Position numbers and translations under genes: made by a program. A stretch of DNA of 64,000 nt from Chiloscyllium plagiosum (taxonomy: Eukaryota), in NCBI RefSeq assembly GCF_004010195.1, contig NC_057756.1, forward strand, positions 2,078,020 through 2,142,019. The letters are read 5' to 3'. This document shows positions 15,040 to 27,884 of this stretch, in pieces. A model generated the notes under the pieces. It was not told where the DNA came from. It searched no databases and saw only the letters and a program-made list of their open reading frames with translations. Numbering within the stretch: position 1 is the stretch's first letter; each line of letters opens with the position of its first letter.

Positions 15040-15320
15040 GTGGCTCAGTGGTTAGCCCTGCCTCATGTTGCCAAGGACCTGGGCTGGATTCACGCCTTGA
15101 GAAAATGTCTGCATGTGTTTCTTTCGGATCCTCTGATTTCCTCCCACAGTCCAAAGATATTCTGATGAGTTAAATTACCCAGAGTGTTCAGGGATGCGAA
15201 GGTTGGGTGCATTATTTAACAGAGAATGTTTTTAATATGTTCGGGGAATTGGTCAGGTTGCTATTCAGAAGGTCGTTGTAGACTTGTTGGGCAGAAGAGC
15301 CTGTTTCCACACTATATGGA
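15040..15320 (+). mobile_element. HE1/V-SINE-like tRNA-derived SINE, decayed
   Basis: GTGGCTCAGTGGTTAG A-box, TTTCCTCCCACAGTCCAAAGA core, CCTGTTTCCACACT tail. Confidence 0.75.
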
Positions 15321-17106
15321 TTCCAATACTTTCCATGAAATATCGATGATAACAATCGATATCTGAGACATTGATTGACAATTCATCATATTGTCAGTCG
15401 GTTATAGAAAGGATATGTCGCAGGCAGCCCATGAACTACCAGTGGGAGGTAATTTTTGAGTAAGCAAAACTCCAGGTGAAATACAAAAAACATTATTTCA
15501 GTAGTGTGGTGTGCATCAGCATGTACTTACATTTTGCCAGTAATGTCATACATGTCAGATAACTGGAATATCGAAGGACGTAATTAAATCTGCACTTTTA
15601 ATACGCATTCCTTCATTGGAAAACATGTTTACGTTAGTTTAAATGTTTGCATATGACCCCATCGGAAACAAAAGGTGGGAATCAGAGTTTGTAAAACAGA
15701 ATAAATGTGACCACTAGATTTTCCAAAAGGACTCCATTAAGCAAGATTACGGTTCCAAGGGTTGTCGTTTCCTGACAAATTATTTTTTTCTCTTGACGTG
15801 CACTATCCACTGACATTCATTCATGTCAAGGATTAAACTTCACATCAACATTATTCAAGGAAGTACTGCACACCTATAAATAAAATAACTTAAATTCATT
15901 GTATAACAGCCACAATTGCAGGGAGTGCTAGAAAGGTGGTATCATAAATTAAAGACCATGTTGTGTGCTTATAGTCCTGATTATCCAGATAATTGTGATA
16001 ATGGAAGTACATTTGTACATTTTATCATCAGAGACGCAACAAATAAATTTACCAAATTCAGTCCATTTGAATTAGTTTTTCAGCATGTAGCAAGAATACC
16101 GCTAAAAGGAATTAAGAAGAAATTCAAGAAACAAAGTTGGGGAGCATACACGTAGACTTCGTGAAAAACTTTACAGAACTGTGAGATAGAGCGGGGAGTT
16201 AGCCAGAAAGCATTTAGAAAACATCCCAGTATCCAGTGAAACAAGATACAGACAAGTTTGTTTTCAGTGCTTTCAGGAGTTAAAGTTTACCTACAATGCT
16301 AGCTGAATCGTTAATAGAAAGTATCAGTGAACAGTATCCTGTCGAAAGGAGATTGAATGAGATGAACTATTTGATAAAGTCTCCAGATAGAAATGAATCT
16401 CAGAGAGTGTGTCATGTGAATCTCCTCAAGATATATATTGAGAGGGAATTAAAGCCAAAGGAGAATGTTTTAATGTTTGCAACATAGAGTGAAGAGCCAA
16501 TTTCAAAGGAAACTGAATTAGGCGTTCGTCGAATTATATTGGTCAATGAAGAAAGTGTCAAAAGTGACGCAAATTACTCTGAGAAATTCCTGAGAAATTC
16601 TGAACTGATTTGAAACTCTTACTAACAGCTCATGCCGAACTATGTGAAAACCAGCTCGGAAGTACTAAAATAACTATGCATGGTGGAGAAAGAGGAAGTC
16701 TTGTGTTGATTGAGCAACATCCTTATATGCTTAACACTGTAAAGTCGGCACTGATTCAAAAGGAGACTGACACATGCTCCAAGACAACGTTATCAATGTG
16801 AGTTGTAGAAATTCGAGCTTGCTCATAATAATGTTCCAAAAAGACAAGTGGTAACCAAAGGGGTATCGCAGTGTCAACCGCTGTTGAAAATCCTGAATCA
16901 TACCTGAAACCATGTTTGAAATTCTGCATTGAAAATAAGGGCATGCAGACTGGTAGATTCATTATTCTGAAGAACGAAGACAACTTTGGCTTTTTAAATC
17001 CCGAATGAACCATATTAATTTGAAATCATGTCATTTGGTATGAAAAGTGCATTAGCTAGATCTTATAGGTGATGGATTAAAGTTATTTCCGGATTACTCA
17101 ATTGTG

Positions 17107-17108
<2 letters not shown>

Positions 17109-17154
<46 letters not shown>

Positions 17155-17155
17155 G
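17109..17155. repeat. (AT)n/(AC)n microsatellite
   Basis: Direct reading. Confidence 0.95.
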
Positions 17156-17383
17156 CATTCATATGTGTATGACGTGGTGATTTTAAATAAAGCATTTTCA
17201 AAATTTATCAACGTTCTTGGATCGAATTCAGGAGGCAGGCTTGGTGATATACCTGGTGAACAGTGCATTTGATAATACAAAATTCAACTTCCTGTTTCAT
17301 TTTTCTGACATGGACAAATGTCCTAGTAGAATGCAACCATCCTGGTAATTCTGGAGTTTTCCATAAGATCGATAAAAAGAGCA

Positions 17384-18580
17384 ATAGACAATAGACAATA
17401 GACAATAGGTGCAGGAGTAGGCCATTCAGCCCTTCGAGCCAGCACCGTCATTCAATATAATCATGGCTGATCATTCCTAATCAGTATCCTGTTCCTGCCT
17501 TATCTCCATAACCCTTGATTCCACTATCTTTGAGAGCTCTATCTAACTCCTTCTTAAATGAATCCAGAGAGTGGGCCTCCACTGCCCCCTGTGGCAGAGC
17601 GTTCCACACAGCCACCACTCTCTGGGTGAAGACGTTTCTCCTGAGCTCTGTCCTAAATGGTCTACCCCGTATTTTTAAGCTGTGTCCTCTGGTTTGGCAC
17701 TCACCCATCAGTGGACATATGTTTCCTACTGCCAGAGTGTCCAATCCTTTCATAATCTTACACGTCTTAATCAGATCCCCTCTCAATCTTCGAAACTCAA
17801 GGGTATACAAGCCCAGTCGCTTCAGTCTTTCAGTGTAAGGTAATCCTGCCATTCCAGGAATTGACCTCGTGAACCTACGCTGCACTCCCTCAATAGCCAG
17901 AATGCCTTTTCTCAAATTTGGAGACCAGAACTGCACACAGTACTCCAGGTGTGGTCGCACCAGGGCCCTGTACAGCTGCAGAAGCACCTCTTTGTTTCTA
18001 TATTCAATTCCTCTTGTTATGAAGGCCAGCATGCTATTAGCTTTCTTCACTACCTGCTGTACCAGCATGCTTGCCTTCATTGACTGGTGTACAAGAACAC
18101 CCAGATCTCTCTGGACTGCCCCTTTACATAAATTGATTCCATTGAGGTAGTAGTCTGCCTTCCTGTTCTTGCTACCAAAGTGGATAACCATACATTTATC
18201 CACATTAAACTGCATCTGCCATGCATCTGCCCACTCACCTAACTTGTCCAGGTCACCCTGCAATCTCCTAACATCCTCATCACTTTTAACCCTACCACCC
18301 AGCTTTGTATCATCAGCAAATTTGCTAATGTTATTGCTGATACCATCTTCTATATCATTAACAAATATTGTAAAAAGCTGTGGTCCCAGCACGGATCCCG
18401 GCGGTACCCCACTGGTCACTGCCTGCCATTCCGAAATGGAGCCGTTTATCACTACCCTTTGTTTCCTATTAGCCAACCAATCTTCAATCCAATCTAGTAC
18501 TTTGCCCCCAATACCATGCACCCCAATTTTACTCACTAACCTCCTGTGTGGGACTTTATCAAAAGCTTTCTGAAAGTCCA
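17384..18580 (-). mobile_element. Young 5'-truncated CR1 LINE with an open RT C-terminus
   Basis: 351-aa ORF 17481..18536 with GVPPGSVLGP, KFADDTK and LVRPHLEYCVQFW; (AGACAAT)n tail at 17384-17407. Confidence 0.95.
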
Positions 18581-19464
18581 GTATGACGATTCGTAGGATA
18601 GAATGGTTTTATTGGAAATTCATACCATTTTTGGCAGTGTGGCTTCTCTACTGACAGAGTTATTAAAGAAAAGCAGGAAGATTCAATGGACAGAATTCTA
18701 TCTGATAGCATTTGACATACTGGAAGCTGTGTTAACCGCTGCACCATTATCAGCCACACTTAATTGCGCAAACCAATTCAAGGTGGCTATTGACGGGAGT
18801 GATTTGGGTGCTGTTGCTGTTTCGTACATGAAGACGACAAAAAGATAAAAACGCCAATGTGGTATTCTTCTATGAAGTTGAACACTCATCAACAGAAATA
18901 TTTGACAGCTGAGAAGGAGATTTTGATTTTGGTATTAGCGTAATAACATTTCAACATGTAAGTTAATAATAAAGTATCTGGGACATTTATGTATGTATAT
19001 CATAATCTATTGAAGTTAGTGAAGAAATTTAAAGAAAAGGATATCCGGATCGTTTAGAAGAAACTTGTTATTACAACCATCGAATTTGCAAATGGAGCAT
19101 GTGCATGATGAGAAGACGTAATTGCCTAACAATTGTTGAAACGTGGATGAAAAGCATTTCAACATTTGTGTTACCAGCAATGTATCTGATATGATTCTAC
19201 GTACTGACCATAACTCATTGACGTTTTGGACAAATTTAAAAGCAAAAATTTCACATTATTTAAACGGAACTTGTTATTACAGTCATTCAATTTGGAAATT
19301 GTGCATGTGGGAGGACAGAAAAGGCTTTCCCCGATTCATTGTTGAGACTCAGCGGGTAAACAGACTGAAAGAGAATGTTGTAGTTTTTCATATTTGCATG
19401 AATATACTTAACGTAATGCATATAGATAGTAGAATATTATCGGTGCAATATTAAGGGGATTTAA

Positions 19465-19582
19465 AATGAAGAAGGGCTTCCTGAAGGGATTCCTGAAGAA
19501 GGGCTTATGCCCGAAACGTAGATTCCCCTGTTCCTTGGATGCTGCCTGACCTGCTGCGCTTTTCCAGCAACACATTTTCAGA
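19465..19582 (+). mobile_element. Penelope-like terminal-repeat fragment with a hammerhead ribozyme core
   Basis: CTGAAGA-AGGGC-TTAT-GCCC-GAAAC at ~19493-19517; same family as the 9737-9948 and 47727 copies. Confidence 0.7.
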
Positions 19583-20515
19583 TTTAAAATGAAGCCAACT
19601 TTCATTCATTCTTGTTGTGACTGGAGGTGTGATGATATTGCTCATTTAACAATGTTGTCCTTGGTTTTCTTCAAGAGGGGTTTTAAAAGGCAGACCTTCT
19701 GATGTGTCCAGAATAAGAGATTTTGCTAATGGCTGACAGTTACTGCCAAAGGGAACAAACAGGGAAGAATGATTTATGTTTTTTTTTAACACACACACAA
19801 TGACGGTTAGTGGCTCGTTCTCTCAGTTAAGAGTCTTTCTTTAAAACTGATTGTGTTTTAGCAAGGAATCAAAGCTTTTGGAAAATGAATGTGCCCTGAT
19901 TCAAACAACGTTTCCCACGGACCCTCTCTCTCTCCTTCTGGCTAACACCCCTCCCATAAGAACCTCTGTTTGAATTTTATTTTTGCTAAGGGTTGTGTAT
20001 ATGGGAATATTGCAGGAAATTCTAACAGTTTTTTTTTAATTTGTGGGGACATCATGTTTTTTGGGTTTTCAAATATGTGTTATTCCAATTTCTGTTTTAG
20101 ATTATTTTTGTTTCATTCTGTGTTGGGTAAAAATAATCTGACTTATCTAAAGCCAAATCGTTTGACCAGCGACATCATTTCTGGAGTACTTTTATCTGTC
20201 TAAAACAATTAATAAATTCAGGGTCTGGGCTGCATTCATGTTTTGATGAGGTCAGGGCTGGTCCATAAAAAAAAATCAAGTGGTACCCTCACTCGTTGTA
20301 AAATAGCATTTCAAATGATCGGAAAGCATCTCGTTATTTTTCATCAATGTCACAGTATGCTAATAACATAAAATTATCCCTTAGACTGATGTTATGGGAT
20401 ATTTATACAATTGGCAAATAATTTTCATTATTATACAAGTCCTTTCGGATTTCACAGAAAGATATATTTGCCATTGACATTTGATCATATAATTGCGTTT
20501 GTTTAACAAGAATAC

Positions 20516-20987
20516 TCAAATTCTTCCTAAGAAGTGAGTTTCTGGAAATGCTGAGCTAAAATTATATCGAGCAGTCTGAAATACAAAAATAAGTTGAAAA
20601 ATAATATTTTTGAAAAAGAAGCATATTTGGAAGGAAATGAAGTTAATTAGTACATAATAAAAATTTGAACCTACATGTTATGCAACTAAAATATTTGGAC
20701 AGACTTTGCTTTCAGCTTAATAACAAGTTGAGAACTATCTAGACTTCATAAGATTTCAGAAATTAAAGTCGGTAACTTTCAATGCCTGGACTTTATGTTT
20801 CCCTACAGCGTTTTCTATCTTTTAGCTGCATCTATTGTAGCAAATCATTTGACTGTAGAGAAAAGAAGAGAACTTGATTTTCAATTGTGAAAATATTCTC
20901 AAAACATCCAAAGCTTTCAATTATTTTCACAATTTTCATCACAAAGCTACTCGAGAAATTTCACATTATTCCACTCACAAGCAAATA
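20516..20987 (-). pseudogene. Two or three damaged C9orf72-like exons (acceptors at 20987, ~20852, 20575)
   Basis: YLLVSGIM*NFSSSFVMKIVKII with TGA at 20961-20963; exon 20575-20516 has a stop in each frame (TARYNFSSAFPETHFLGRI* or LLDIILAQHFQKLTS*EEF), so its frame is ambiguous. Confidence 0.55.
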
Positions 20988-21059
20988 CTGTAAAATATAT
21001 GAAATTAATGAAAAGGTCTTTAACGTTCAACCATTGCACTTTGCAACAAATGTACTCAC

Positions 21060-21124
21060 CTTTTCCACTGCCTCGGGTAGGACAGATGGTAAAAACGACC
21101 AGAGTCCAATCATATGACGTAAAC
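21060..21124 (-). CDS. C9orf72-like exon (G)LRHMIGLWSFLPSVLPEAVEK
   Basis: Weak TAATAAG acceptor, strong AAG|GTGAGT donor, phase 1 to 0. Confidence 0.65.
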
Positions 21125-21919
21125 CTTATTAATTTAACAACGCTATTATTTTCAGTAATGGCCAATCCGAAAAAACAAACGCTTGGTTCATTATAAATAA
21201 GGGAGACAGCTACTTTCTTTCGAAAGCATTTCCAAATTCGTCTTTATTTGACTTGTTTATCTAAGCCATGTCTCGCCCAAAAGAGTGGATTGTACGGTTT
21301 TCCTTTGGTAGGTCTTCCATTTCCATCTTAACGTCTTCAATTCCTTTATCCCTGCCAACTATATAACACTTTAGAACTCCATGAACCGCAAATATTAACG
21401 GAACATGTGCTCTCACCTTTTGTTTTGTCACGATCAGAATTCACATCAATGTCTATGTCTGCATCATTCGCGAATTCTGTAATTACTTCTCCGATTCTTC
21501 CAAATGTGCAGTCTATTTTCTTGAATTAGACATTTCTTTCCTTTTAAGACTAGATTTTTGCTTTGTGTCATGTCCGAATTTGTTCCATAAGTTCTCATTA
21601 AAAAAACTAAATTAGTAGTGCCTTGAAAATACATTTTATTAAGATGATTCTACTGCATCATGCTCCGCTATCAGTTTGTTTTTGTGCAGCAAGCACATTT
21701 GAACGTTTTGCAGCTCGCCTCGACATCAATGTGTACTGGACTTTTCAACTTTTTTTCTTTCAAATTGAAATATCATGGAATTTAGTGCACACTGTATGAT
21801 ATTCAAACAGGTTAACCGTCTCTCATGCATGCTATACAAATCACCCACTTGGAACATTGTCCTAGCACATTTCACAACACAATTGTTATGTCCTTTATCT
21901 GAATTATGCTTAAACATAC

Positions 21920-22040
21920 CCATTTTGTCTCTGCTGCCGAGCAGTTCCACGACTCCTGCATGAATATATTTTCGAGCCGAGGTTACCATCTGTTTCCAAG
22001 GAGGACCATCCATAAATAGTTTCAGTTTATTCTGAAATTC
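21920..22040 (-). CDS. C9orf72-like exon EFQNKLKLFMDGPPWKQMVTSARKYIHAGVVELLGSRDKM
   Basis: TTTTTATCTACCCAG acceptor, G|GTATGT donor; overlaps ORF 21726..22013(-). Confidence 0.7.
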
Positions 22041-22377
22041 CTGGGTAGATAAAAATGTAATACATCTCTTGGAGATTGCAATTGTTACAATCGAGTGTTA
22101 AGCAATGTTAGTTTGATATGGTTTGCACTTACTACGCCCAATGTTACAATATAAGTCAGAACGAATCTTTCTCTGGAATGTACTAAAGTTTAACATTGTT
22201 ATCATATAAAGAAATGCTTATTCATGGTTTTGGAGAGCTACGTTTGTTTTCTGGTGGAAATGCAGCAGCAGATAATGTCACACTACACAACGAAAATGTT
22301 CGGTGAAATTGTACCACACAAAAAGAGAAATCACTGGTCCGTAAACATTGATTCAAATGAAAACAGAAGCAACTTGC

Positions 22378-22474
22378 AATGATGAGTAGAATTGCCAGGC
22401 AAGGAACTGAGCCATTTGGTAGCAGCAGAAATGAGTACTCATTGCCTTTCCCCTTCAGAATGTGGCATAACGAA
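22378..22474 (-). CDS. C9orf72-like exon FVMPHSEGKGNEYSFLLLPNGSVPCLAILLII
   Basis: TTTTTATTCATTCTGCAG acceptor; ATT|GCAAGT (GC-type) donor gives a phase-0 join to the next exon; resembles IIPMLTGEVIPVMELL. Confidence 0.65.
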
Positions 22475-23779
22475 GCTGCAGAATGAATAAAAATCTATGC
22501 TATCAATTCCCTCAACATGCCTTCTGCTGAGAATTCACACCTCGGGATGTTTAAACTGCAACTCTGTTGTTGTGTCATCAATTTTGCTTGTTTGGACTCA
22601 CGTAATGGTACATGCTAAACGCAAGAACTTTCAAAAATCTAAGACGTTGAACCATCAGATTCAATACTGTGTTCGGCACACATCTAAATGGAAACGCTTT
22701 TTTTCATTGACATGTAGTTTTAGCTAACACAAAAAAACAGGTATACGATAGTTAATCATTCCCATAAGCACATTGTATGTTCATGTGGAAATAAATTTGT
22801 TCCAAACAGTTTGCGGTATCATCAGATATATTCCTGTTTGAACTGTCAACCATGTATTACAATGCCACAACATACGCCATTACATGATTATAACATTTTG
22901 TTTCACTGTTATGTGACAATATTAATCGTCAAGCTGACGAAGGGAAGGCAAATTAGCAAAGCTGCCATTGTGTAATGCATGCCAGCAGACATCCAAATAA
23001 ATGATTCAAACATAATCATCTTTTCAATTTTTAATACGTTGGTAATACAACAGGCTTTTAAATCATAGCATCTGGTAGAGAGTTAAACATTTTAAACAAT
23101 TTGATAGCATATTCAATGGATGCAGAAATTTTACTGTATCTAATTTATTATATCTCTATAAATCAAGCGATCTGCAATAAGATTTATATTCTCAATATTA
23201 TGCAGAATGCTCCAAAATGCGGCAAAGGACCGAAAAATAAACGTATTTTTAGTTAAATGCATTCTGTCTAAATTTTTTATTCACACGATTGGAATGATGA
23301 TGTTATATATTGCAACAAATAACATAGATTTAATGCAAATGCAAAAGAAAGAATAATTGTGCAGCATGTAACACAGGAGGCTCGAGAACAATTTTCTTTA
23401 AATTACTTGTGTTGGTGTGTCTGCTACGGCTGTAGAAATATGACAGAGATTAAAACCATTTTTTTTTGAAATGAAGAAAATGGAAAATTAAATAAAATAG
23501 AGCAGTTGGTTTAATATATTCTTAGTAATACCTGCACACCCTCTGGAAGATTACATACTGTCGATTTGAAATTTAATTTTCAATCTATGAAAATTAACCT
23601 GTCAAATTAGGCAAGGGTAAATCTCCCACGCACATGTTGCATTTCTTAAAATCTTGTATGCATTTTGAAGTTAAAATGTACTAGGAAAATGCGAAATGAT
23701 GTTACAAAATAAAATGCTGAAGGAAATGAAAGATCTGCATGATTCGAAATCAAGTAACTGCAACCTAAAGAAGTTATTT

Positions 23780-23930
23780 TGATTGGCTGCAAACCACAGA
23801 AAAAGGTGTTCGTGGAATTTACCATTTTCATATAAATATGCAAATGAAGATTCAGTTGTGCAGCTGAATGGTTTGTCCAGTTCAGACTAACTGTGGTTGG
23901 CAAACACATGAGCCTGACACGAACTACCTG
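23780..23930 (+). promoter_or_regulatory. Putative promoter and non-coding first exon of the SMCR8-like gene
   Basis: ATTGG (reverse CCAAT) 23782-23786, TATAAA 23831-23836, ATGCAAAT octamer 23838-23845, donor CTG|GTGAGT at 23930/23931. Confidence 0.45.
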
Positions 23931-24687
23931 GTGAGTTCCTGGATAACTGAATAGATGAGGGATGCTAAATAAATTGGCAAAGTCTTCACAATGCTGATTC
24001 GGCAGATGACATTTGCTTTCAGTCGAACAATTCATAAAGACGGAAGTGGTTACGAATCATGCGTAATTGTTCGTTACATCCCGTGAAGAAAAAAGAAAAT
24101 CGGAAGGAAAATTTGCGGGAAACTGTAACATCTGGAAAATTAAGGAAACGTCTGCACTCACCTATCTATACAGGCTAGTTAACTGTTTCGCAGGACATGT
24201 TTCCTCCACATATAACATCACTTTATTATCTTGTCTCCATGCTTGTCGCCATAAGTGTCATGTGTGATGGAGTTGGAAGCTGGGGTTAGATTTGTGGGAG
24301 TACATTTATTTGGTTTTACTTCGCACTACCTGTAGCGTTCACAAATTCTAGTTGCCTATCTGTCGTAAGAATCAGTTTATTTGCATTAAGTGCCAGCTTT
24401 TGTGAAGTACTGAAAGTGTTCAGTACTTTTAAGAGTGTATCCTACATGTAAATTGTTGAACTGTTTACCTTGAGGAAAGTAAATGGATAGCATCTGCAAT
24501 CACACCAGAAATGGTAGGGTGTGATTCACAAAGATCAACCAAAAGGAGAGCACACGACGAATTGATATGTTTTAATTGACAGATAACTTACAAGTGTGGT
24601 ATTTACTGAAAGTGAAAAAATGGTTACGTGTGACGGAGAGTTTTACCTTTCATGATAAAAATCTGACATTAAATATTTTCACAGAAA

Positions 24688-24845
24688 ATGGAGAACAGGA
24701 GGTAATTGCTTCAAAACCTGTTGTATAATGCAATATGTCCCGCCAAGTAATTTTACATTTCATTCAGCCACCTATTTTCCAGTTCCAACCTCTTTCACAG
24801 TGAATGGAAGCTAATGCTTCAGAAGAAAATAATCGGTACTTGCCC
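24688..24845 (+). CDS. SMCR8-like coding exons 24688-24701 and 24783-24845 (MENRSSNLFHSEWKLMLQKKIIGTCP)
   Basis: AAAATGG start context; 81-nt GT..AG intron in phase 2; CC|GTAAGT donor. Confidence 0.65.
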
Positions 24846-25269
24846 GTAAGTATTCACGAATGGATAAGAATAAACGACAGGTAACCAACATGAATGGCAT
24901 AACATTTGCAGTTGAATTATTATTCAAACAGTCTGTTATATCTGGACAAGGATTTTCGAGATGTGACCTCAAACGAGAATTTGCATGTGAATCTTAAGCA
25001 TAAAATGTACTGGGAAGGGGCAATCACACTATTGGGATGGTATATAAACCAATAAGCACTCATTAGCAATGGAGACACAGATATTTAGTCAAGTCACTGA
25101 TGAGTGTTAATTCAAAAGCAGTTAATTAATTAGAGGCTGCAACTACAAGAAAATCTAATTGGAACGATCAATATATAAATGGTATGGAGGGTGCATATTT
25201 ATTTTGTAATAGCGTCAAGATTTTTTCAAAATTGATATCCACAAAGTCGAACATGCGTCAGAGAGTCGT

Positions 25270-26700
25270 AGGCTCATAGAGATATATAACATGGAAACAG
25301 ACAATTTGGTCGAACTGGAAAATGACAAGCTGACATCCTAAACTATTCCAGACCAATTCTTAGCATTTTCCCGTACCCCTCTAAACACTTCCTATTCATA
25401 TCCACATCCAGATGCCTTTTAAATGTGGGGATTGCAATAGCTTCAGTTAAAACCCCAGCCCCACCCCCCCCTCCCCCCAGCAGCTCTTTCTATGCATGCA
25501 CAAAAATATATGTGACAAAGTTCAACCTTAGGCCTCTTTCAAGTCTTGTTCTTCTTCCTTTAATCATATGCTGTCATGCTTTGGATTCCCTGAACCGGCT
25601 TGCGGACAGAACCTTTGGCTCGTCACCCTATTGGTGCTGCTCATGAATATACAAACTTGATAAATGTTTATAACTTTTATCCCTCAGCCACCGAAGCTCC
25701 AGGGAAAATAGTCCTTTTCTGCCTCTTTCTGTAGGTTAAAACCTCCAAGTTCGGCAACATTCTTGCAAATTTTATTCCATGCCATTTCAAGTTTAACAAC
25801 ATCTTTCAAGTAGAAGAGAGATGAGAATTGAAAAAAAAAAAGTATTCCAAAACTGACATACCAGTGCACTGCACAGCTGCATAAATGCATCCAAACTCCT
25901 GTCCTCAATTTGGAGTTTGGAAGCCAACCAAGGCAGGCATAGCAAAAGACTTCGTGAAGACTTCACTGACGTGTGACTGCACTTTCAAACTAATGTTAAC
26001 CTACACCCCAAGGTCTATTTGTTGTGCAACACTCCGCAGAACCTTAACATTAAGTGTTTAAGTCTTGTCAGATTTGTTCCATCTAATAGCAGCTCCTCAA
26101 ATTTATCTAATTTAAAAATCAATGCCACTCCTTGGCCCCTTTGTGCACATAATCACCGGCCTATTATACTCTGAGTTAAACTGCTTCCTTATCCACTACA
26201 CCACCAAAGTTGATGTCTGTTCAAGCTTACTAGTCATCACCCAATATTCACATCTAATACTCAAAATAAATGACAGAAAGCAGGTGTCCAGTTCCAAAAG
26301 CAAAGCTCCACCACTACCATTCATCCCCTCATTTGAGCAAATTTTGAATCAAAATATTTAGCATTCACTGTATTCCAGGTGATCACAACTTGCTAATCAA
26401 TTTACCATGTGGACCCACGTCAAATACCTTATTGAAGTGTACATGTATAATGTCTAGTGGTCTGCCTTCACCGATCTACTTCCTCACTTCTTCAAAAAAC
26501 ACAATCATGTTAGAGGTACGCGATTTCGTACCCTGTCGATGATCCCTAATCAGTCCGTCCATTTCCAAATATAGTTAAAAACTGCCCCTAATGACCCCCT
26601 CCATTAATTTGCACAAAAATGATGTCTGACAAAATAGCACATAGTTCACTGACATTTGCTTAACAGCTTTCTAAAGTAATCGTCGCACGTTAGCACAACC
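25270..26700 (-). mobile_element. Decayed CR1 LINE
   Basis: QFSSLFYLKDVVKLE remnant; CR1 3' UTR at ~25270-25420. Confidence 0.75.
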
Positions 26701-26944
26701 TGTCACCAACAAATCGATTCAATCAAGTTCTGTCCGTAATTCGGTGGATAAATATGGACAGGTGGCCGAAATGGCAGTGATAGAGCATTCCCATGAACTG
26801 AACAATATACAGTTTTCGTTTGACATGAAGAAAAGTGAAATGCACCGTGTAAATTTGGATCGGTGAAAGCAGGTTGATTTAAAATCATACAGTTCAGGAC
26901 CAGGTACAGTGGGTACAATTATCTCATTGAATGTGCATCAGAAT

Positions 26945-27010
26945 TGTGTGTGTGTGTATGCGTTTGTGTGTGTGTTTGTGTGTGCGTGTGTGCTTGTGCA
27001 TGTGTCTGTC
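26945..27010. repeat. Imperfect (TG)n microsatellite
   Basis: Direct reading. Confidence 0.9.
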
Positions 27011-27199
27011 TGTATGATTATGCACACACATGTGCTTTTGAGGGAGGATGGAAAAGACGGTCTATGAGAAAATTGCAACTGTTCATAGTTAAATACAGAA
27101 GCATCGATTCCAGCGAATCCTGGAGTTTCAGTAATAACCAGAATTTGTTATGTTGAAGCAGAAAGTCGTTTACCTGCTACAATCTCGCGGATTCAAGGA

Positions 27200-27835
27200 A
27201 ATAAAATGTGAGATCTAAAGAAAGCAGCTAGGAGAGCATAGATGGAGCTTCAATAGTACACTGTTAGGTAAGATAAAGGAGAATCGTAACATTTGCTTTG
27301 GATTATCAAATGTAAGTTGGTAACCAGCGGGCAAAAAGGAAGGCAAGGCCTATTGACGACGTAAATAACGTTCTGTGCAGTGAACTGGAGGACAATTGTG
27401 CATTTCTAAATGATTATATGTAAACGTCCTTCACTATGGAGAATGTGGATTGAAGTAATATTTCGGGAAGTAGAAAATTTCGGATCTTGATCGGTATGAC
27501 AGAAAACTTCAGGCGCTATTGTAATTTTGGACTAATTTAGAAGTGAAAAAACAGATCGGTTCATGCTAAGTTGTATCCCTGGCTGCTATGGGAATCGAGG
27601 GAAGAATTTACAGCTGTTCTGATCCAAAATGTTACTTTATTTTTGGCTGCAAGAGAGGTGCCCAATGATTGGAAGACAGCAAATGTATAGGTTAATTTCA
27701 AGAAGATTTGTAACGATAAACTAGCCAAATACAGATAATTGTTTTTAAAATTACTGTTCATGGACGTAGTGGAGACGGAATGGATGTAAGTATGTGTTCT
27801 TCAATTAGAACAGCATGATTCGATCAGGGATAGTC
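27200..27835 (+). mobile_element. Decayed CR1 ORF2 internal fragment
   Basis: YPWLLWESREE and EVPNDWKTANV remnants. Confidence 0.7.
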
Positions 27836-27884
27836 ACCAGTCGTCTTATCAGAGATAAACAGCAATTTTATTATTAATGCACAG

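Larger units (their letters stand above)
15390..20270 (+). mobile_element. Decayed Gmr1-type Gypsy element (INT, RT, RNase H, LTR) interrupted by a CR1
   Basis: QGVLERWYHKLKTML..FSPFELVF integrase ORF 15916..16155; RVCHVNLLK; FKVAIDGSDLG RNase H; LTR ~19630-20270. Confidence 0.8.

Noticed and set aside
21920..22040. CRAL-TRIO/SEC14 domain (IHAGVVELLGSRDKMG)
   Set aside because: Isolated short resemblance; the flanking exons do not continue a SEC14 fold.
23831..23930. Immunoglobulin or globin gene, suggested by the octamer and the MSLT start
   Set aside because: No leader or V exon, recombination signal or globin coding sequence was seen downstream.
24160..24330. Minus-strand exon ending at AG|GTGAGT near 24161
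   Set aside because: Stops occur in all three frames and the C9orf72-like model does not need it. At most it is a non-coding exon.
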